Positions 1 through 10,032 of a DNA stretch of 64,000 nucleotides are shown piece after piece. Numbering within the stretch: position 1 is the stretch's first letter; the number at the start of each line of letters is the position of its first letter. Source of the stretch: Candidatus Magasanikiibacteriota bacterium. Its GTDB lineage: Bacteria; Patescibacteriota; Patescibacteriia; Magasanikbacterales; UBA922. Below the pieces are notes generated by a model, which worked only from the letters and a program-made list of their open reading frames with translations, was not told the DNA's origin and searched no databases. The position numbers were made by a program, and so were the translations under genes. The stretch is taken from positions 91,029 through 155,028 of the forward strand of contig JBAYVA010000003.1 of assembly GCA_041674805.1 (NCBI GenBank). The letters are read 5' to 3'.

Positions 1-1044
1 CTGATAACTACTACCCACTCTATTTTTATTCAATTCATAACTAGCCAATGTATAATTGCCAGCCCCTACTCCCAAATAACGATGTTCCTCCCAAATATTT
101 AAGGCCTCTCTATAACCAACTAACCTTTCAGAAATTGATTTTACTTCATAACTAGAATTACTTTGTATTCTATTTTGTACTAAAGTAAAAAAAATATTAA
201 ACAAAATAATAAAAAAAACAGAACTAAATATCACTGGCCACAAAATCTTTTTCTTTTTGAATATATAATAAACACTAACAAAAATAATAAAAAGTAACCA
301 CGTAATCCAAGCCGTACGACTAAACGTAAAAAATAAAGACATTGTTTGTAAAAACAAAAGAACATACAAAAATATTTTTTGTTTTTGATTATCTATTTTT
401 TGCCACAAGAAAAAAACAGCAATTATAACTAAAACCAAATAAGCTCCAAAAATATTTGGATGTACAAAAGTACCATAAGATCTAAGCCAACGACCTACTT
501 GTTCACTAGCCACAACAGAAACTCCAGAAATATCGGCTGAATAAAAACTCAAGCCAAGCAATTTGCTAGCAAATGTTTGCTGAGTCAAAAATTGCCAAAT
601 ACCCAAAATACTCGGCAATATACTAGACAAAACTAATGGCCACAAAATACTTTTTATTTGCAAAAAACCACTAGACAAAATAATAAAAAATAAAAAACCC
701 AACATCCACCAACGAGTTAACTGATAAGCTATCTCAAAATTATTTGCTACAAAAAAAGTATTAAAAAATAAATACAACAAAAATAATAAAAATGAAATAG
801 AAAAAATTTTTTCTTTATCCCAAGTTTTTTTTGCCTTTATTTCTTTATGCTTAAAAAGAATAAAAAAATCTATAACAAAAAACATGATAACAATCCACAA
901 GATAATTTCTGTTAAATAAAAAACAATTGTACCATATTGCCATTTTTGTCCATTTAAAAAACCATCTTGCACAATATAGACTGTCTGTATTGGCAAAAGA
1001 AACAAAGACAATTGAAGTAAATACTTTTTTAATTTTGAAAACAT
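1..1044 (-). CDS. Polytopic membrane protein, O-antigen ligase/polymerase-like. Start at about 1044; C-terminus lies beyond the window start.
   Basis: Open minus-strand frame from an ATG (RC at 1042-1044). Translation (MFSKLKKYLLQLSLFLLPIQTVYIVQDGFLNGQ...) shows many hydrophobic helices. Not in the ORF track because no stop falls inside the window. Confidence 0.4.
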   Translation of the reverse strand, partial: MFSKLKKYLLQLSLFLLPIQTVYIVQDGFLNGQKWQYGTIVFYLTEIILWIVIMFFVIDFFILFKHKEIKAKKTWDKEKIFSISFLLFLLYLFFNTFFVANNFEIAYQLTRWWMLGFLFFIILSSGFLQIKSILWPLVLSSILPSILGIWQFLTQQTFASKLLGLSFYSADISGVSVVASEQVGRWLRSYGTFVHPNIFGAYLVLVIIAVFFLWQKIDNQKQKIFLYVLLFLQTMSLFFTFSRTAWITWLLFIIFVSVYYIFKKKKILWPVIFSSVFFIILFNIFFTLVQNRIQSNSSYEVKSISERLVGYREALNIWEEHRYLGVGAGNYTLASYELNKNRVGSSYQ

Positions 1045-1246
1045 AATGTGATAAATTTCTAATTCACCTAATATCTAATTTCTAATAACATACCAAATGT
1101 ATAAATTAAATGATTTACCACTAATTTAAGACAAAAATTTTTAGGTATTATTTATTTGAAATTTTATTAGAAATTAGGTATTAGATATTAGGTGAATTTT
1201 AAACGCTTACGAAAATATAAAAAAAGCCCGTGATTATTATCTGTAA

Positions 1247-2194
1247 TTATAAAACTTCTTGGCACTTATTCAACCACTTATCATAATATTCTTTTCTTCT
1301 ATCATTTTCATGAAATTTCAAAAAATCTTCTGAAATTACAACTTTGCTATCTAACATATCCGCTAAAAAACCATAGTGTTCACGCACTTTTTTCCATTGT
1401 AATTTACGCAAAAAAAATTCCAGAAAATTATTTTTTTTAAGTTTTTCTTCCCAAAATTTTTTGTGTGAATTTGAATTAGTACTAGCTAAATAATCTACCA
1501 AACAATAATGTTTGTCAGAAACATAAACATAATTATCTAGCCATTTATTGGCTTTTCTAATACTCAAATACAAATTGTCAGGATCATAAACTGGCAACAA
1601 ATTCAAAATCCAATAAATCAAATAAATATCTATTACTTTTTCCAATTTTAAATTTTCTAAATTCAACTGACTATCTACTGCAAAAAAACTTAAACATATT
1701 TTGTCTTTATGCTTGTTTTTACTAGTACGTAAACCTGATGCTTTCAAAAAAATAGTAGTAAAAAAACGTACAAACCAAATATAATTTTTCTTGGCAATAA
1801 TAAACAAATCAATATCACTATTATTTTCTGCTACTCCCATAGCTACAGTATTACAAACAAACACAGCTCGCAAAAAAGGTATTTTGGATATTTTAGACAA
1901 AGCCTTTTTCATTATAGCTAATTTTTTTTCTATAACTTTTACTTTTAATTGACGTTTTTTTATATTCTCATTTTTACCTTTCAAAAAATAAAAATTATAA
2001 GCCAACTCTATTTTTTTGTTTTTTACTAAATAATCCAAATTATAAAATAAAGATTCATCTGAAATTTTATAAGGAAAAAATAAAAAATTTAATATTTCGC
2101 TTTTAGTCAAAGGCTGCGAAAAAATATCAAAATAAGCTAATGTTTTCAAAATAGCTTCTTGTACTTTTTGATTGTTGATAAATTCCGAAGACAT
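1247..2194 (-). CDS. Nucleotidyltransferase-domain protein (pol-beta-like NTase fold)
   Basis: GVAENNSDIDLFII matches the G[SG]-x(n)-DxD nucleotidyltransferase motif. Sits inside the glycosyltransferase cluster. Confidence 0.5.
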   Translation of the reverse strand: MSSEFINNQKVQEAILKTLAYFDIFSQPLTKSEILNFLFFPYKISDESLFYNLDYLVKNKKIELAYNFYFLKGKNENIKKRQLKVKVIEKKLAIMKKALSKISKIPFLRAVFVCNTVAMGVAENNSDIDLFIIAKKNYIWFVRFFTTIFLKASGLRTSKNKHKDKICLSFFAVDSQLNLENLKLEKVIDIYLIYWILNLLPVYDPDNLYLSIRKANKWLDNYVYVSDKHYCLVDYLASTNSNSHKKFWEEKLKKNNFLEFFLRKLQWKKVREHYGFLADMLDSKVVISEDFLKFHENDRRKEYYDKWLNKCQEVL

Positions 2195-2199
2195 AAATA

Positions 2200-3318
2200 T
2201 TACAAATTTTTATTATATACTTCCCAAGTTTCTCTCACAAATTTTTCCAAAGAAAAACGTTTCAAATTATTTTTAGCATTATTTCTTAATTCAAATCTAA
2301 TATTTTCATCTGTTAAAATAGTATCTAAAACATCCGCTATTTGTGAAGAATTATTAGGATCAAAATATAAAGCACTATCCAACAAAATTTCTGGCAAACA
2401 ACTAGCAGAAGACACGGCTAAAGGAACATTATACACACTAGCTTCCAAAGGCGGTAAACCAAAACCTTCATACAAACTAGGAAAAACATAAACACTAGCT
2501 GATTTATAAAGCTGAATCAATTCAGTATCAGAAACTACACCTGTAAAAATTACATTCTGAACATAAAAATATTCTTCTTGAAGCTTCTCATAAAAATAAT
2601 TATTTTTACCAACTAAAACTAACTGATAATCATTATTTTTTTCTTCATTAAAAATATGCCAAGCCTCCAATAATTTACCCAAATTTTTGTGCGGATAAGC
2701 TGAACCAACATACATCACAAATTTTTTGTTTATCACAAATTTTTCCAAAACATTTACTATTTTATCCTCTATTTTTTTTACTACTTCAAAAGGTGCTTGA
2801 TACACAACTGAAATTTTTTCTGAAGAAACTTGTAAAGTGTTAATCAAATCTTGAGCTGTAAAGTTACTAGTTGTCAAAATATGCTTACTATTTTTTGCGA
2901 TGTGCTTAATCAAAGTACGATGAGCTTGATCTTTGATCCAAAATTTTACTTTACCAAGTGTGCTAGCTTCAGGACGCGGAAAATGATACATAATAAGGTC
3001 ATGTAAAGTTACTACATAATCACCTTTATAAAAATATGGCACATTCCAATGTGGAAAATGCATAAGATCAACAGGATGTTCTGTCAAAACTTTCAAAAAG
3101 TCTTTTTGTTCTTCCAAAGTATACCAAGGTATATCTGCCAAAACTTTTTCAAAATTAGGATTAACTATTTGTACATCATCAAAATTTTCTTTACGCAAAA
3201 AAATAATATAATGATTTTTAGTATCAATATTTTGCAATTGTTTTACAAGCTGTTCAACATAACGTCCTATACCAAAAGTAGAACTAAGCATGCGAGCATC
3301 TATACCTATTTTTTTCAT
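2200..3318 (-). CDS. Glycosyltransferase family 4
   Basis: C-terminal EGFGLPPLEA motif typical of GT4/GT-B enzymes; about 370 aa. Confidence 0.8.
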   Translation of the reverse strand: MKKIGIDARMLSSTFGIGRYVEQLVKQLQNIDTKNHYIIFLRKENFDDVQIVNPNFEKVLADIPWYTLEEQKDFLKVLTEHPVDLMHFPHWNVPYFYKGDYVVTLHDLIMYHFPRPEASTLGKVKFWIKDQAHRTLIKHIAKNSKHILTTSNFTAQDLINTLQVSSEKISVVYQAPFEVVKKIEDKIVNVLEKFVINKKFVMYVGSAYPHKNLGKLLEAWHIFNEEKNNDYQLVLVGKNNYFYEKLQEEYFYVQNVIFTGVVSDTELIQLYKSASVYVFPSLYEGFGLPPLEASVYNVPLAVSSASCLPEILLDSALYFDPNNSSQIADVLDTILTDENIRFELRNNAKNNLKRFSLEKFVRETWEVYNKNL

Positions 3319-3324
3319 AAAAAT

Positions 3325-4461
3325 TTATAAATTTTGTAAAAATTCTTTTGCAGTTTTGTCCCAATCAAAATTTTCTAGTAAAAAGTTTTTATCATATTTA
3401 TTTTGTCTATGCAAATTTTTTTTCATAGCTTCTTTCAACTCTGCAACATTGTGAGGATTTACCAAAACGACATTATTATCAACAATTTCCAAAAGAGAAG
3501 AACGATTACTAGTCACTACAGAAACTCCACTAATCATAGCTTCCAAAACAGGAAAACCAAAACCTTCATACAAACTAGGATACAAAAATAATTTAGACAA
3601 TTTGTATAAAGCAGGTTTGTCTAGCGCATCAACATAACCAATATAATGAACTCCTCTAGTTTCATCTATGCTCTTAATAATTTTTTCATATTTCCAACCA
3701 CGATTACCAGCAATTACCAAATTAATTTTTTTATTTATCAAATTTGAATTAGAATAAGCTTGAATAATAGATAAAATATTTTTTCTAGGTTCCAAAGTAC
3801 CAAGAAAAAAAATAAAATTTTCCGGTAAATTATATTTGTTTTTTAAATATGAGACATCTATACTTTTGTCTAAATTATCTAAAAAATTTTTACTAATACC
3901 TGGATAAAGAACTTTTACAAAATTAGGATTACAATGATACATTTCTACCAAATCATTTTTAGTATTTAAAGAAGGAGTAAAAATCAAATGAGCTTGATGA
4001 CAATGTCTCTTTGGATTAATAAGTTTGTGCCACAATAACATTTTTTTGCTAAAACAATGTGGCAAAAATTCAAAACTCAAATCATGAATAGTCAAAATAG
4101 TTTTGACATGTTCAGATAAATTCAGAAAATTCAAATTTGGTGAAAACCAATAATCTATTTTTTCTATTTGTTTTTTGTATATTTTGTAAAAATATTTAGC
4201 AACAAACAAATCCAACTTGATAAATTTCAACAAAATAAATAAATTCAATAATTTATTAGGCCAATTTGTTTTTATCAAAAAAACATTATGGTAATTTACA
4301 AAAGAAAAATCAACTTCATTTTTTTTTAAAGAATTAAAAAACAAAATATAATTATTTGCACTATCTTGTGAAAAAATAGCATCCAAAAGTTCATAAGTAT
4401 ATTCCCCCACTCCAGTGCGTTTTTTTTCAGTCAGACTGCGGATGTCTATTACTATATTCAT
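3325..4461 (-). CDS. Glycosyltransferase family 4
   Basis: EGFGFPVLEAM motif; GT-B size. Confidence 0.8.
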   Translation of the reverse strand: MNIVIDIRSLTEKKRTGVGEYTYELLDAIFSQDSANNYILFFNSLKKNEVDFSFVNYHNVFLIKTNWPNKLLNLFILLKFIKLDLFVAKYFYKIYKKQIEKIDYWFSPNLNFLNLSEHVKTILTIHDLSFEFLPHCFSKKMLLWHKLINPKRHCHQAHLIFTPSLNTKNDLVEMYHCNPNFVKVLYPGISKNFLDNLDKSIDVSYLKNKYNLPENFIFFLGTLEPRKNILSIIQAYSNSNLINKKINLVIAGNRGWKYEKIIKSIDETRGVHYIGYVDALDKPALYKLSKLFLYPSLYEGFGFPVLEAMISGVSVVTSNRSSLLEIVDNNVVLVNPHNVAELKEAMKKNLHRQNKYDKNFLLENFDWDKTAKEFLQNL

Positions 4462-4536
4462 ATTTATATAATTTTAAATTTAGAAATTTAGAAATTTTAA
4501 AAAAATTTAAAATTCAAAATTAAAAATTCCTAAATT

Positions 4537-5658
4537 TTAAAGATTACAACTATTTATTTCTGACAAAAATGCGAAATATTTTTTTTCAACATAATTTTTG
4601 ATTTTTTTTTTGAAAATCTTTACATCAAAACTTTTAGCATGTTCTCTTATTTTTTGACTATCCCAATTATACTTTTCGAAATTCAAAACTGTTTCAAACA
4701 AACTTTCCCAATCTTGTTTATAAAAAAATAATCCAGTTGCACCATCTATCACAGTCTCAGTCACTCCACCTACTCCATAAGCGATAACAGGCCTACCAGC
4801 TGACATTGCTTCTATAGGTGTAATACCAAAATCTTCTACTTGAGGATGAATAAAAGCTTTGGCAGAACTCAAAATTTTTATTTTTTCTTCCTCACTAACA
4901 CGTCCCAAAAATTCAATATTACTTTTGGCAATTTTTTTCAAAGATTCCAAAGATGGACCATCACCAAAAATCTTTAATTTATAACCAAGACGATTGAAAG
5001 CCTGCACTACTAAATCAAAACGCTTATAATTGACAATGCGCCCACCTGTCACAAAATAATCACCTACTTTTTCACTCACAAAAAATTTATCAAAATCCAC
5101 TGGAGGAAAAATAACATCGCTATTACGACGATAATATTTTTTTATTCTTTTAAAAACAGTATGCGAATTAGCAATAAAATAATCTACTCTATCAACACTA
5201 TTTTTATCCCAAATACGTAATTTGTGTATAAGACGTGGCAAAAATAATTTAATAAAAAAATTATATTTTAAATCATGAATATATTCATGAGTGTCAGACC
5301 ATAAATAACGAGTTGGTGTGTGACAATATGAAATATGTAAACCATCTTCTTTGGTCAAAATTCCTTTAGCAAAAGCACTGGTAGAAGAAAGAACTACGTC
5401 AAAATCACCTAAATTATGTTTTTCCGTAGCAATGGGCATCAAAGGTAAATACCATTGATATTTTTTTCTTACAAAAGGCAACTTGGACAAAAATGATTCT
5501 TTAATCAAATTTTCTGGAAAATTTTTTATTTTTTTATTGTCATGAAATAAAACAAAAATTGGCGCTTCTGGCCAAATCTCATGAAACGCTTGCAAAACTC
5601 TTTCAGCTCCCCCATCTTGTGAAAGATAATCATGTACTAGTGCTATTCTCATAATCAA
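4537..5658 (-). CDS. Glycosyltransferase family 4
   Basis: EDFGITPIEAMSAGRPVIA motif. Confidence 0.8.
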   Translation of the reverse strand: MIMRIALVHDYLSQDGGAERVLQAFHEIWPEAPIFVLFHDNKKIKNFPENLIKESFLSKLPFVRKKYQWYLPLMPIATEKHNLGDFDVVLSSTSAFAKGILTKEDGLHISYCHTPTRYLWSDTHEYIHDLKYNFFIKLFLPRLIHKLRIWDKNSVDRVDYFIANSHTVFKRIKKYYRRNSDVIFPPVDFDKFFVSEKVGDYFVTGGRIVNYKRFDLVVQAFNRLGYKLKIFGDGPSLESLKKIAKSNIEFLGRVSEEEKIKILSSAKAFIHPQVEDFGITPIEAMSAGRPVIAYGVGGVTETVIDGATGLFFYKQDWESLFETVLNFEKYNWDSQKIREHAKSFDVKIFKKKIKNYVEKKYFAFLSEINSCNL

Positions 5659-5748
5659 ATGCTTGAAAGGCTTAAAATACTAGTTGCTACACAAATATTT
5701 TAAAAAGCCTTTCAAGCTTTTGGAGCTTTTCAGGCCTTTTTAGCCTTT

Positions 5749-7167
5749 TTATAAAACTTTTCTCTTTCTAAATAAAATAAAAGGAGTCTTAACAAAAACA
5801 ATAATATCCAAATACAAACTCCATTTTTCTATATAAAAAATATCCAATTTCATTTCTTCTTCAAATGACAAATCACTTCTACCAGAAATTTGAGACAAAC
5901 CTGTAATACCTGGTTTCAAAACAAAAACATCAGGATATTCATCTGAATATTTTTCTACTTCTCTTGGCTGATGTGGACGTGGACCTACAATGCTCATTTC
6001 ACCTTTCAAAACATTAAAAAATTGTGGTAGTTCATCAATACTAACACGACGAATAAATCTACCAAAAGGTGTAACACGTGGATCATTTTCAATTTTGTAA
6101 ATTGGTCCTTTTTTACTATTATTTTTATTAATCAATTCTTTTTCTTTTTTCTCAGCCTCTTCACCAGATTTAACGAATTGACTGCCTGTACAATCTTGTT
6201 GATACATCGAACGAAATTTCAAAGTAAAAAAATTTTTACCACGAATACCCACACGTTCATTTTTGTAAATAATAGGACGACCAGTTTCTAACAAAATAAT
6301 CAAACTAGCCAAAAGCATAATCGGACTAATAATAATCAAAATCATTACACTCATAATAATATCAAAAATTCTTTTGGAAATTCTACCCCACCCATCGAGA
6401 GGTGTCTTTTTTAATTCTACGATAGGTATACCTGCCAAAGTATAGATACTCATATTAGTAGAATAAGTAGCAAAAATATCAGCTGAATATTTGAAAACAA
6501 TATGATTTTTATCACAAAATTGTTTCAATTGGATAATATTATCTTCATTATTTTTTGGACTAAACAAAATAATTTCATTAATATTCATTTTTTTTAATTC
6601 ATCATTTAAATTTTTATGGTAATTTTCATAAACTTTTATAACAAAATAACCTAAACGAGAATTTTTTTCTAAAGTATTTACAAAATCCAAAACATTTTTT
6701 TCTTCTCCTATCACAACAACACGACGCAAACCAATTCCAAAACGATACAAAATTGCTTTTAGACCTCTAAGCAAAAATCTTCCTATCATTACAAAAAACA
6801 TGGCAAAAAACCAACTAGCCAAAAGTAAAAATCTTGAATCAAACAATTGACCTGAAAATACAATATATAGAGAAACTATAGATAATCCAATAAAACAAGC
6901 AAATATTATTTTCAATAAATCTTTTGCAAAACGACGGTTTTGATCAATAGAATACAAACCCAAAATAGCAAAAATTATAATCCAAATTATAGAAAAAATA
7001 CTAACTGTGTTTATAAATTGAGACAAATTGATCCCAAAAATCACCGGTTTGATAGCTACAACAAAATCACTAAAACGCAGTGAATAGGCCGTAAAACCAG
7101 CCAAAACAAGCATCAAAAAGTCAATTGGTACTTGTAATAACATAAGTAAAATTTCCGAACGTTTCAT
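5749..7167 (-). CDS. Polyprenyl-phosphate sugar phosphotransferase (bacterial sugar transferase, WbaP/WcaJ-like priming enzyme)
   Basis: N-terminal multi-TM region. C-terminal domain has KFRSM and [21 protein letters not shown] signatures. Confidence 0.85.
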   Translation of the reverse strand: MKRSEILLMLLQVPIDFLMLVLAGFTAYSLRFSDFVVAIKPVIFGINLSQFINTVSIFSIIWIIIFAILGLYSIDQNRRFAKDLLKIIFACFIGLSIVSLYIVFSGQLFDSRFLLLASWFFAMFFVMIGRFLLRGLKAILYRFGIGLRRVVVIGEEKNVLDFVNTLEKNSRLGYFVIKVYENYHKNLNDELKKMNINEIILFSPKNNEDNIIQLKQFCDKNHIVFKYSADIFATYSTNMSIYTLAGIPIVELKKTPLDGWGRISKRIFDIIMSVMILIIISPIMLLASLIILLETGRPIIYKNERVGIRGKNFFTLKFRSMYQQDCTGSQFVKSGEEAEKKEKELINKNNSKKGPIYKIENDPRVTPFGRFIRRVSIDELPQFFNVLKGEMSIVGPRPHQPREVEKYSDEYPDVFVLKPGITGLSQISGRSDLSFEEEMKLDIFYIEKWSLYLDIIVFVKTPFILFRKRKVL

Positions 7168-7295
7168 AGTTTATTTAGATAATAATTACTCTTATGATAG
7201 CCTAATTTTTGCAATTAGTCAAACTATAAAAATTCTAAATCATGAATCCTAAATGCCAAATAAATAGAAAGAAAAAACGGTTTTTAAATAAAAAA

Positions 7296-7330
7296 AGACC
7301 ACCTTGTTTACACAAGCTGGTCTTAATTAT
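7296..7330 (-). terminator. Intrinsic terminator downstream of rnpB
   Basis: On the plus strand an A-run precedes the hairpin agaccaccttgtttacacaagctggtct, which reads as hairpin plus U-run on the minus strand. Confidence 0.45.
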
Positions 7331-7742
7331 TCATTCTACATTTATAAGCCGAATTTTGTTCCCGACTTAGTCGGGAGATGATCATTTATCTAGACCTATA
7401 ATTGCTTATAGGCTCAAACGAGCTAACTTTTCGAAACGATAAATCGCAACGCTGCTCTTTCTTCAGATAGGGTTTACCACGGCATCTCATCACTGAGAGC
7501 CGAAGCTTGTAACCATTTGTCAATTGTGCAAATGATATCAAACTACTTTTCACCTTTTGTCCGCCGAATCGGCGAGTTAGTATTGTCTCTGTGGCACTTT
7601 CCCGCTCAATACCCTTTCAGATAAAGAGGGTGGACGTTATCCACTATCTTTGTCCCAACCCTTCGAGAAGGGTATGGGGAAGTTCGGACTTTCCTATTAG
7701 TCACAATAAAGCAACCAATCGATCATCAAATGTAAAATGCTA
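7330..7742 (-). ncRNA. rnpB: RNase P RNA (bacterial type A)
   Basis: Minus strand carries AGGAAAGUCCGAAC, matching the P4 5' strand AGGAAAGUCCGGGC. It carries GUGCCACAGAGA, matching the universal GUGCAACAGAGAG. Near the 3' end it carries ACAAAAUUCGGCUUAUAA, matching ACAGAACCCGGCUUA. The P4 pairing AAG-U-CCGAA / UUCGGCUU keeps the bulged U with compensatory GG>AA and CC>UU changes. A 12-bp helix pairs the 5' and 3' ends (CAUUUUACAUUU / AAAUGUAGAAUG). The region is locally GC-richer than the flanks. Confidence 0.8.
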
Positions 7743-7822
7743 GCCCGCCTTGGGCGGGAACAGGCTAAATATAGCAGAAAAAGGCTTTTTTGTCAATATA
7801 AACAACACTCAAAAAATCAAAA

Positions 7823-8458
7823 TTATTTTTTGTCATTCATCTTTTCCAAATACTGTGGCAAAATACGTTCTATAGTATCTACAACAATACGTGTAGATTG
7901 ATCTACTTCTACATTGACTTTGTCACCAACAATTTTAAAACCAAAAGTCGTCCTAGCCAATGTCTCTGGTATAAACCAAACTTTAAAAGTGTGATCAGAA
8001 AAATTTGGTTCTACTACAGTCAAACTAGCACCATCAAGAGCAATAAAACCTTTGTTAAACACATATTTAGTTAAATTCTCTGAAATCTGAAAAGTTACAG
8101 CATGATTGTTTTCTAATTTTTCTATATGAACAATTTCAACTACACCGTGCACATGTCCTGAAATATGATGTCCTCCATTTTCATCACCTTCAATAGCTGA
8201 ACGCTCTACATTTACTTTATGACCAGTTTTCAAACTACTCAAAGTAGTCAAACTAAGCGTTTCTTGCATCACATCAAAAAATACTTCATTATCTAAAATT
8301 TTGTTAACTGTCAAACAAACACCATCTACTGACACACTAGCCCCTATTTTCAATCCAGATAACAATTCAACTGGTAACATTAAAGAAAAACTAAGAAGAC
8401 CAGGCAATATTTTTGTCTTAGCTACAGGTAAACAAGCTTGTATTATTCCAGTATACAT
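7823..8458 (-). CDS. ribE: Riboflavin synthase alpha subunit
   Basis: MYTGIIQ N-terminus and two lumazine-binding repeats (GASVSVDGVCLTV, ALDGASLTV); 211 aa. Confidence 0.85.
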   Translation of the reverse strand: MYTGIIQACLPVAKTKILPGLLSFSLMLPVELLSGLKIGASVSVDGVCLTVNKILDNEVFFDVMQETLSLTTLSSLKTGHKVNVERSAIEGDENGGHHISGHVHGVVEIVHIEKLENNHAVTFQISENLTKYVFNKGFIALDGASLTVVEPNFSDHTFKVWFIPETLARTTFGFKIVGDKVNVEVDQSTRIVVDTIERILPQYLEKMNDKK

Positions 8459-8487
8459 AAAAAATAAATTTATTATTTGATTTTTTG

Positions 8488-8569
8488 TATCGAAGGGGGG
8501 ACTCGAACCCCCACGCTCTTACGAGCCTAGCACCTCAAGCTAGTGTGTATACCATTCCACCACTCCGAC
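8488..8569 (-). tRNA. tRNA-Leu (anticodon GAG), class II with long variable arm
   Basis: Minus-strand sequence: GTCGGAG-TG-GTG/GAATGGTATA/CAC-A-CTAGC/TTGAGGT/GCTAG-long variable arm-GGGGG/TTCGAGT/CCCCC-CTTCGAT-A. Acceptor stem has two G-U pairs; discriminator is A73. Coordinates +/-2. Confidence 0.75.
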
Positions 8570-8669
8570 TTTTCACACTGATTACACTACTGCCTGCCGG
8601 CAGAGATTAAAAAAGATTACACTGATTGATATACTTCTGTGTAATCCATAAAAATCAGTGAAATCAATG

Positions 8670-9431
8670 CTAAAATTTTCTATCACGACCAACAATCATT
8701 TCAATTCTACTTTTTGCTAGTTTTATTTTTACTTTTATTTCCTTTGAAATGTTACCATCAGTCTCTACCACAAAAGGCTTTTTACTATAAACAATTATTT
8801 CTTCAAAAGGAAAAATGCTTGGTTCTTCAAACTGCTCTTTTTTGAAAAAACCAGTTTTTACAATCGGACGTAAAAATGCTTCCAACTTACCATCTTGTGG
8901 ATGCACCACAAAATCTTTGCCACCTTTTGTCCACACAAATGGTTTCAAATTACAGACTACTAATTCCATTAATTTGCCTTTACTAGCTACTTTGAAACTT
9001 TCATCATATTCAATTTGAATATCACTAGGTGGAATATGAAGTTGAGAAATAAAATATCTATTATTTAGCCAGCCAACATCTAAATATAATTTTCTTCTCT
9101 TAGCCAAAATATCGCAAGCATCAAGACCAACAGGAATACCCAAAACTTCAGCAATAGTATTTTCAGTACCAACTGGCAAAAAACCATAAGTAACACGACA
9201 AGAAGCAGCACGGGACAAAACATGACCAAATGTCACATCATTACCAACTACTACAATAGTTTTAGCACCTTTTCTTATTTCATCTTCAATCAACATTTCA
9301 CAATTAGTATAACGCTGCAAACGAATTATTTTCCCAGCAATACCATAATCTGTTAATCTAGTTTCCATTGCTTTAACCAAAGAGTCATATCTTTTGTTTT
9401 TTAAAAAATTGTCATAAAGATAGACATACAT
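8670..9431 (-). CDS. Lipid kinase, diacylglycerol-kinase catalytic-domain family (YegS/BmrU-like)
   Basis: IVVVGNDVTFGHV and GFLPVGTENTIAEVLGIP motifs of DAGK_cat. Confidence 0.6.
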   Translation of the reverse strand: MYVYLYDNFLKNKRYDSLVKAMETRLTDYGIAGKIIRLQRYTNCEMLIEDEIRKGAKTIVVVGNDVTFGHVLSRAASCRVTYGFLPVGTENTIAEVLGIPVGLDACDILAKRRKLYLDVGWLNNRYFISQLHIPPSDIQIEYDESFKVASKGKLMELVVCNLKPFVWTKGGKDFVVHPQDGKLEAFLRPIVKTGFFKKEQFEEPSIFPFEEIIVYSKKPFVVETDGNISKEIKVKIKLAKSRIEMIVGRDRKF

Positions 9432-9464
9432 AAAGAAGATTCTTAAAACTTATTTCAACAAAAA

Positions 9465-9941
9465 CTATGCCTCCATTTGAGCATCGATATCCTCTTCAAT
9501 AGTCTTTTTTACACGTTTTGCTACTTTTTTTAATGAAGAATTTTCTATACCATCCATACTTACTTTACCTTGTAACAAAGCTCCAGCTTCAATTACTAAA
9601 GTAGCACAACTAATATCCCCAAGCAAACGAGCAGAAGATGTAAGCTCAAGACGTCCCTCTACTTTGACATTACCTTGTACTTCTCCAGAAACTACAGCAT
9701 CACCTGCTTTGACATTAGCCAAAATTTTGGCACCTTCTTCTACCGTCAAAAGACGTCCAGTTTTTACATTACCAGAAACAGTACCTTTGACCAAAATATT
9801 ACCTTCAGAGACAAAATCACCCTCTACTACCACAGATGGACCCACCACAGTTTCTACTTGATCTTCTTGATTAGAATGATGAGCATGATTAGTACTAGGT
9901 GCTGAAAAATTAGCTAAATCTTCTTGATTTTGTTTGAACAT
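9465..9941 (-). CDS. Bactofilin (polymer-forming cytoskeletal protein)
   Basis: Repetitive beta-helical segment VVVEGDFVSEGNILVKGTVSGNVKTGRLLTVEEGAKILANVKAGDAVVSGEVQGNV typical of the bactofilin domain. Confidence 0.75.
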   Translation of the reverse strand: MFKQNQEDLANFSAPSTNHAHHSNQEDQVETVVGPSVVVEGDFVSEGNILVKGTVSGNVKTGRLLTVEEGAKILANVKAGDAVVSGEVQGNVKVEGRLELTSSARLLGDISCATLVIEAGALLQGKVSMDGIENSSLKKVAKRVKKTIEEDIDAQMEA

Positions 9942-10032
9942 AAATATTTAAGATTAATTTTTAAAATATATGCTATTATAGCATTAAAACAGACAAAAAG
10001 TCAAAAGTCTTCCATTCCATGTTCCACATTCC

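Noticed and set aside
2159-3330. Plus-strand ORFs antisense to the glycosyltransferase genes (and similar antisense ORFs throughout the track)
   Set aside because: They are embedded in strongly supported opposite-strand genes and are low-complexity F/I/K/N-rich translations typical of AT-rich antisense frames.
8590-8640. GC palindrome ctgccggcag with flanking gattacact direct repeats, considered as a terminator
   Set aside because: No U-run on either strand in terminator geometry. It lies in the promoter region of tRNA-Leu, so its role is unclear. The evidence is too weak for a feature call.
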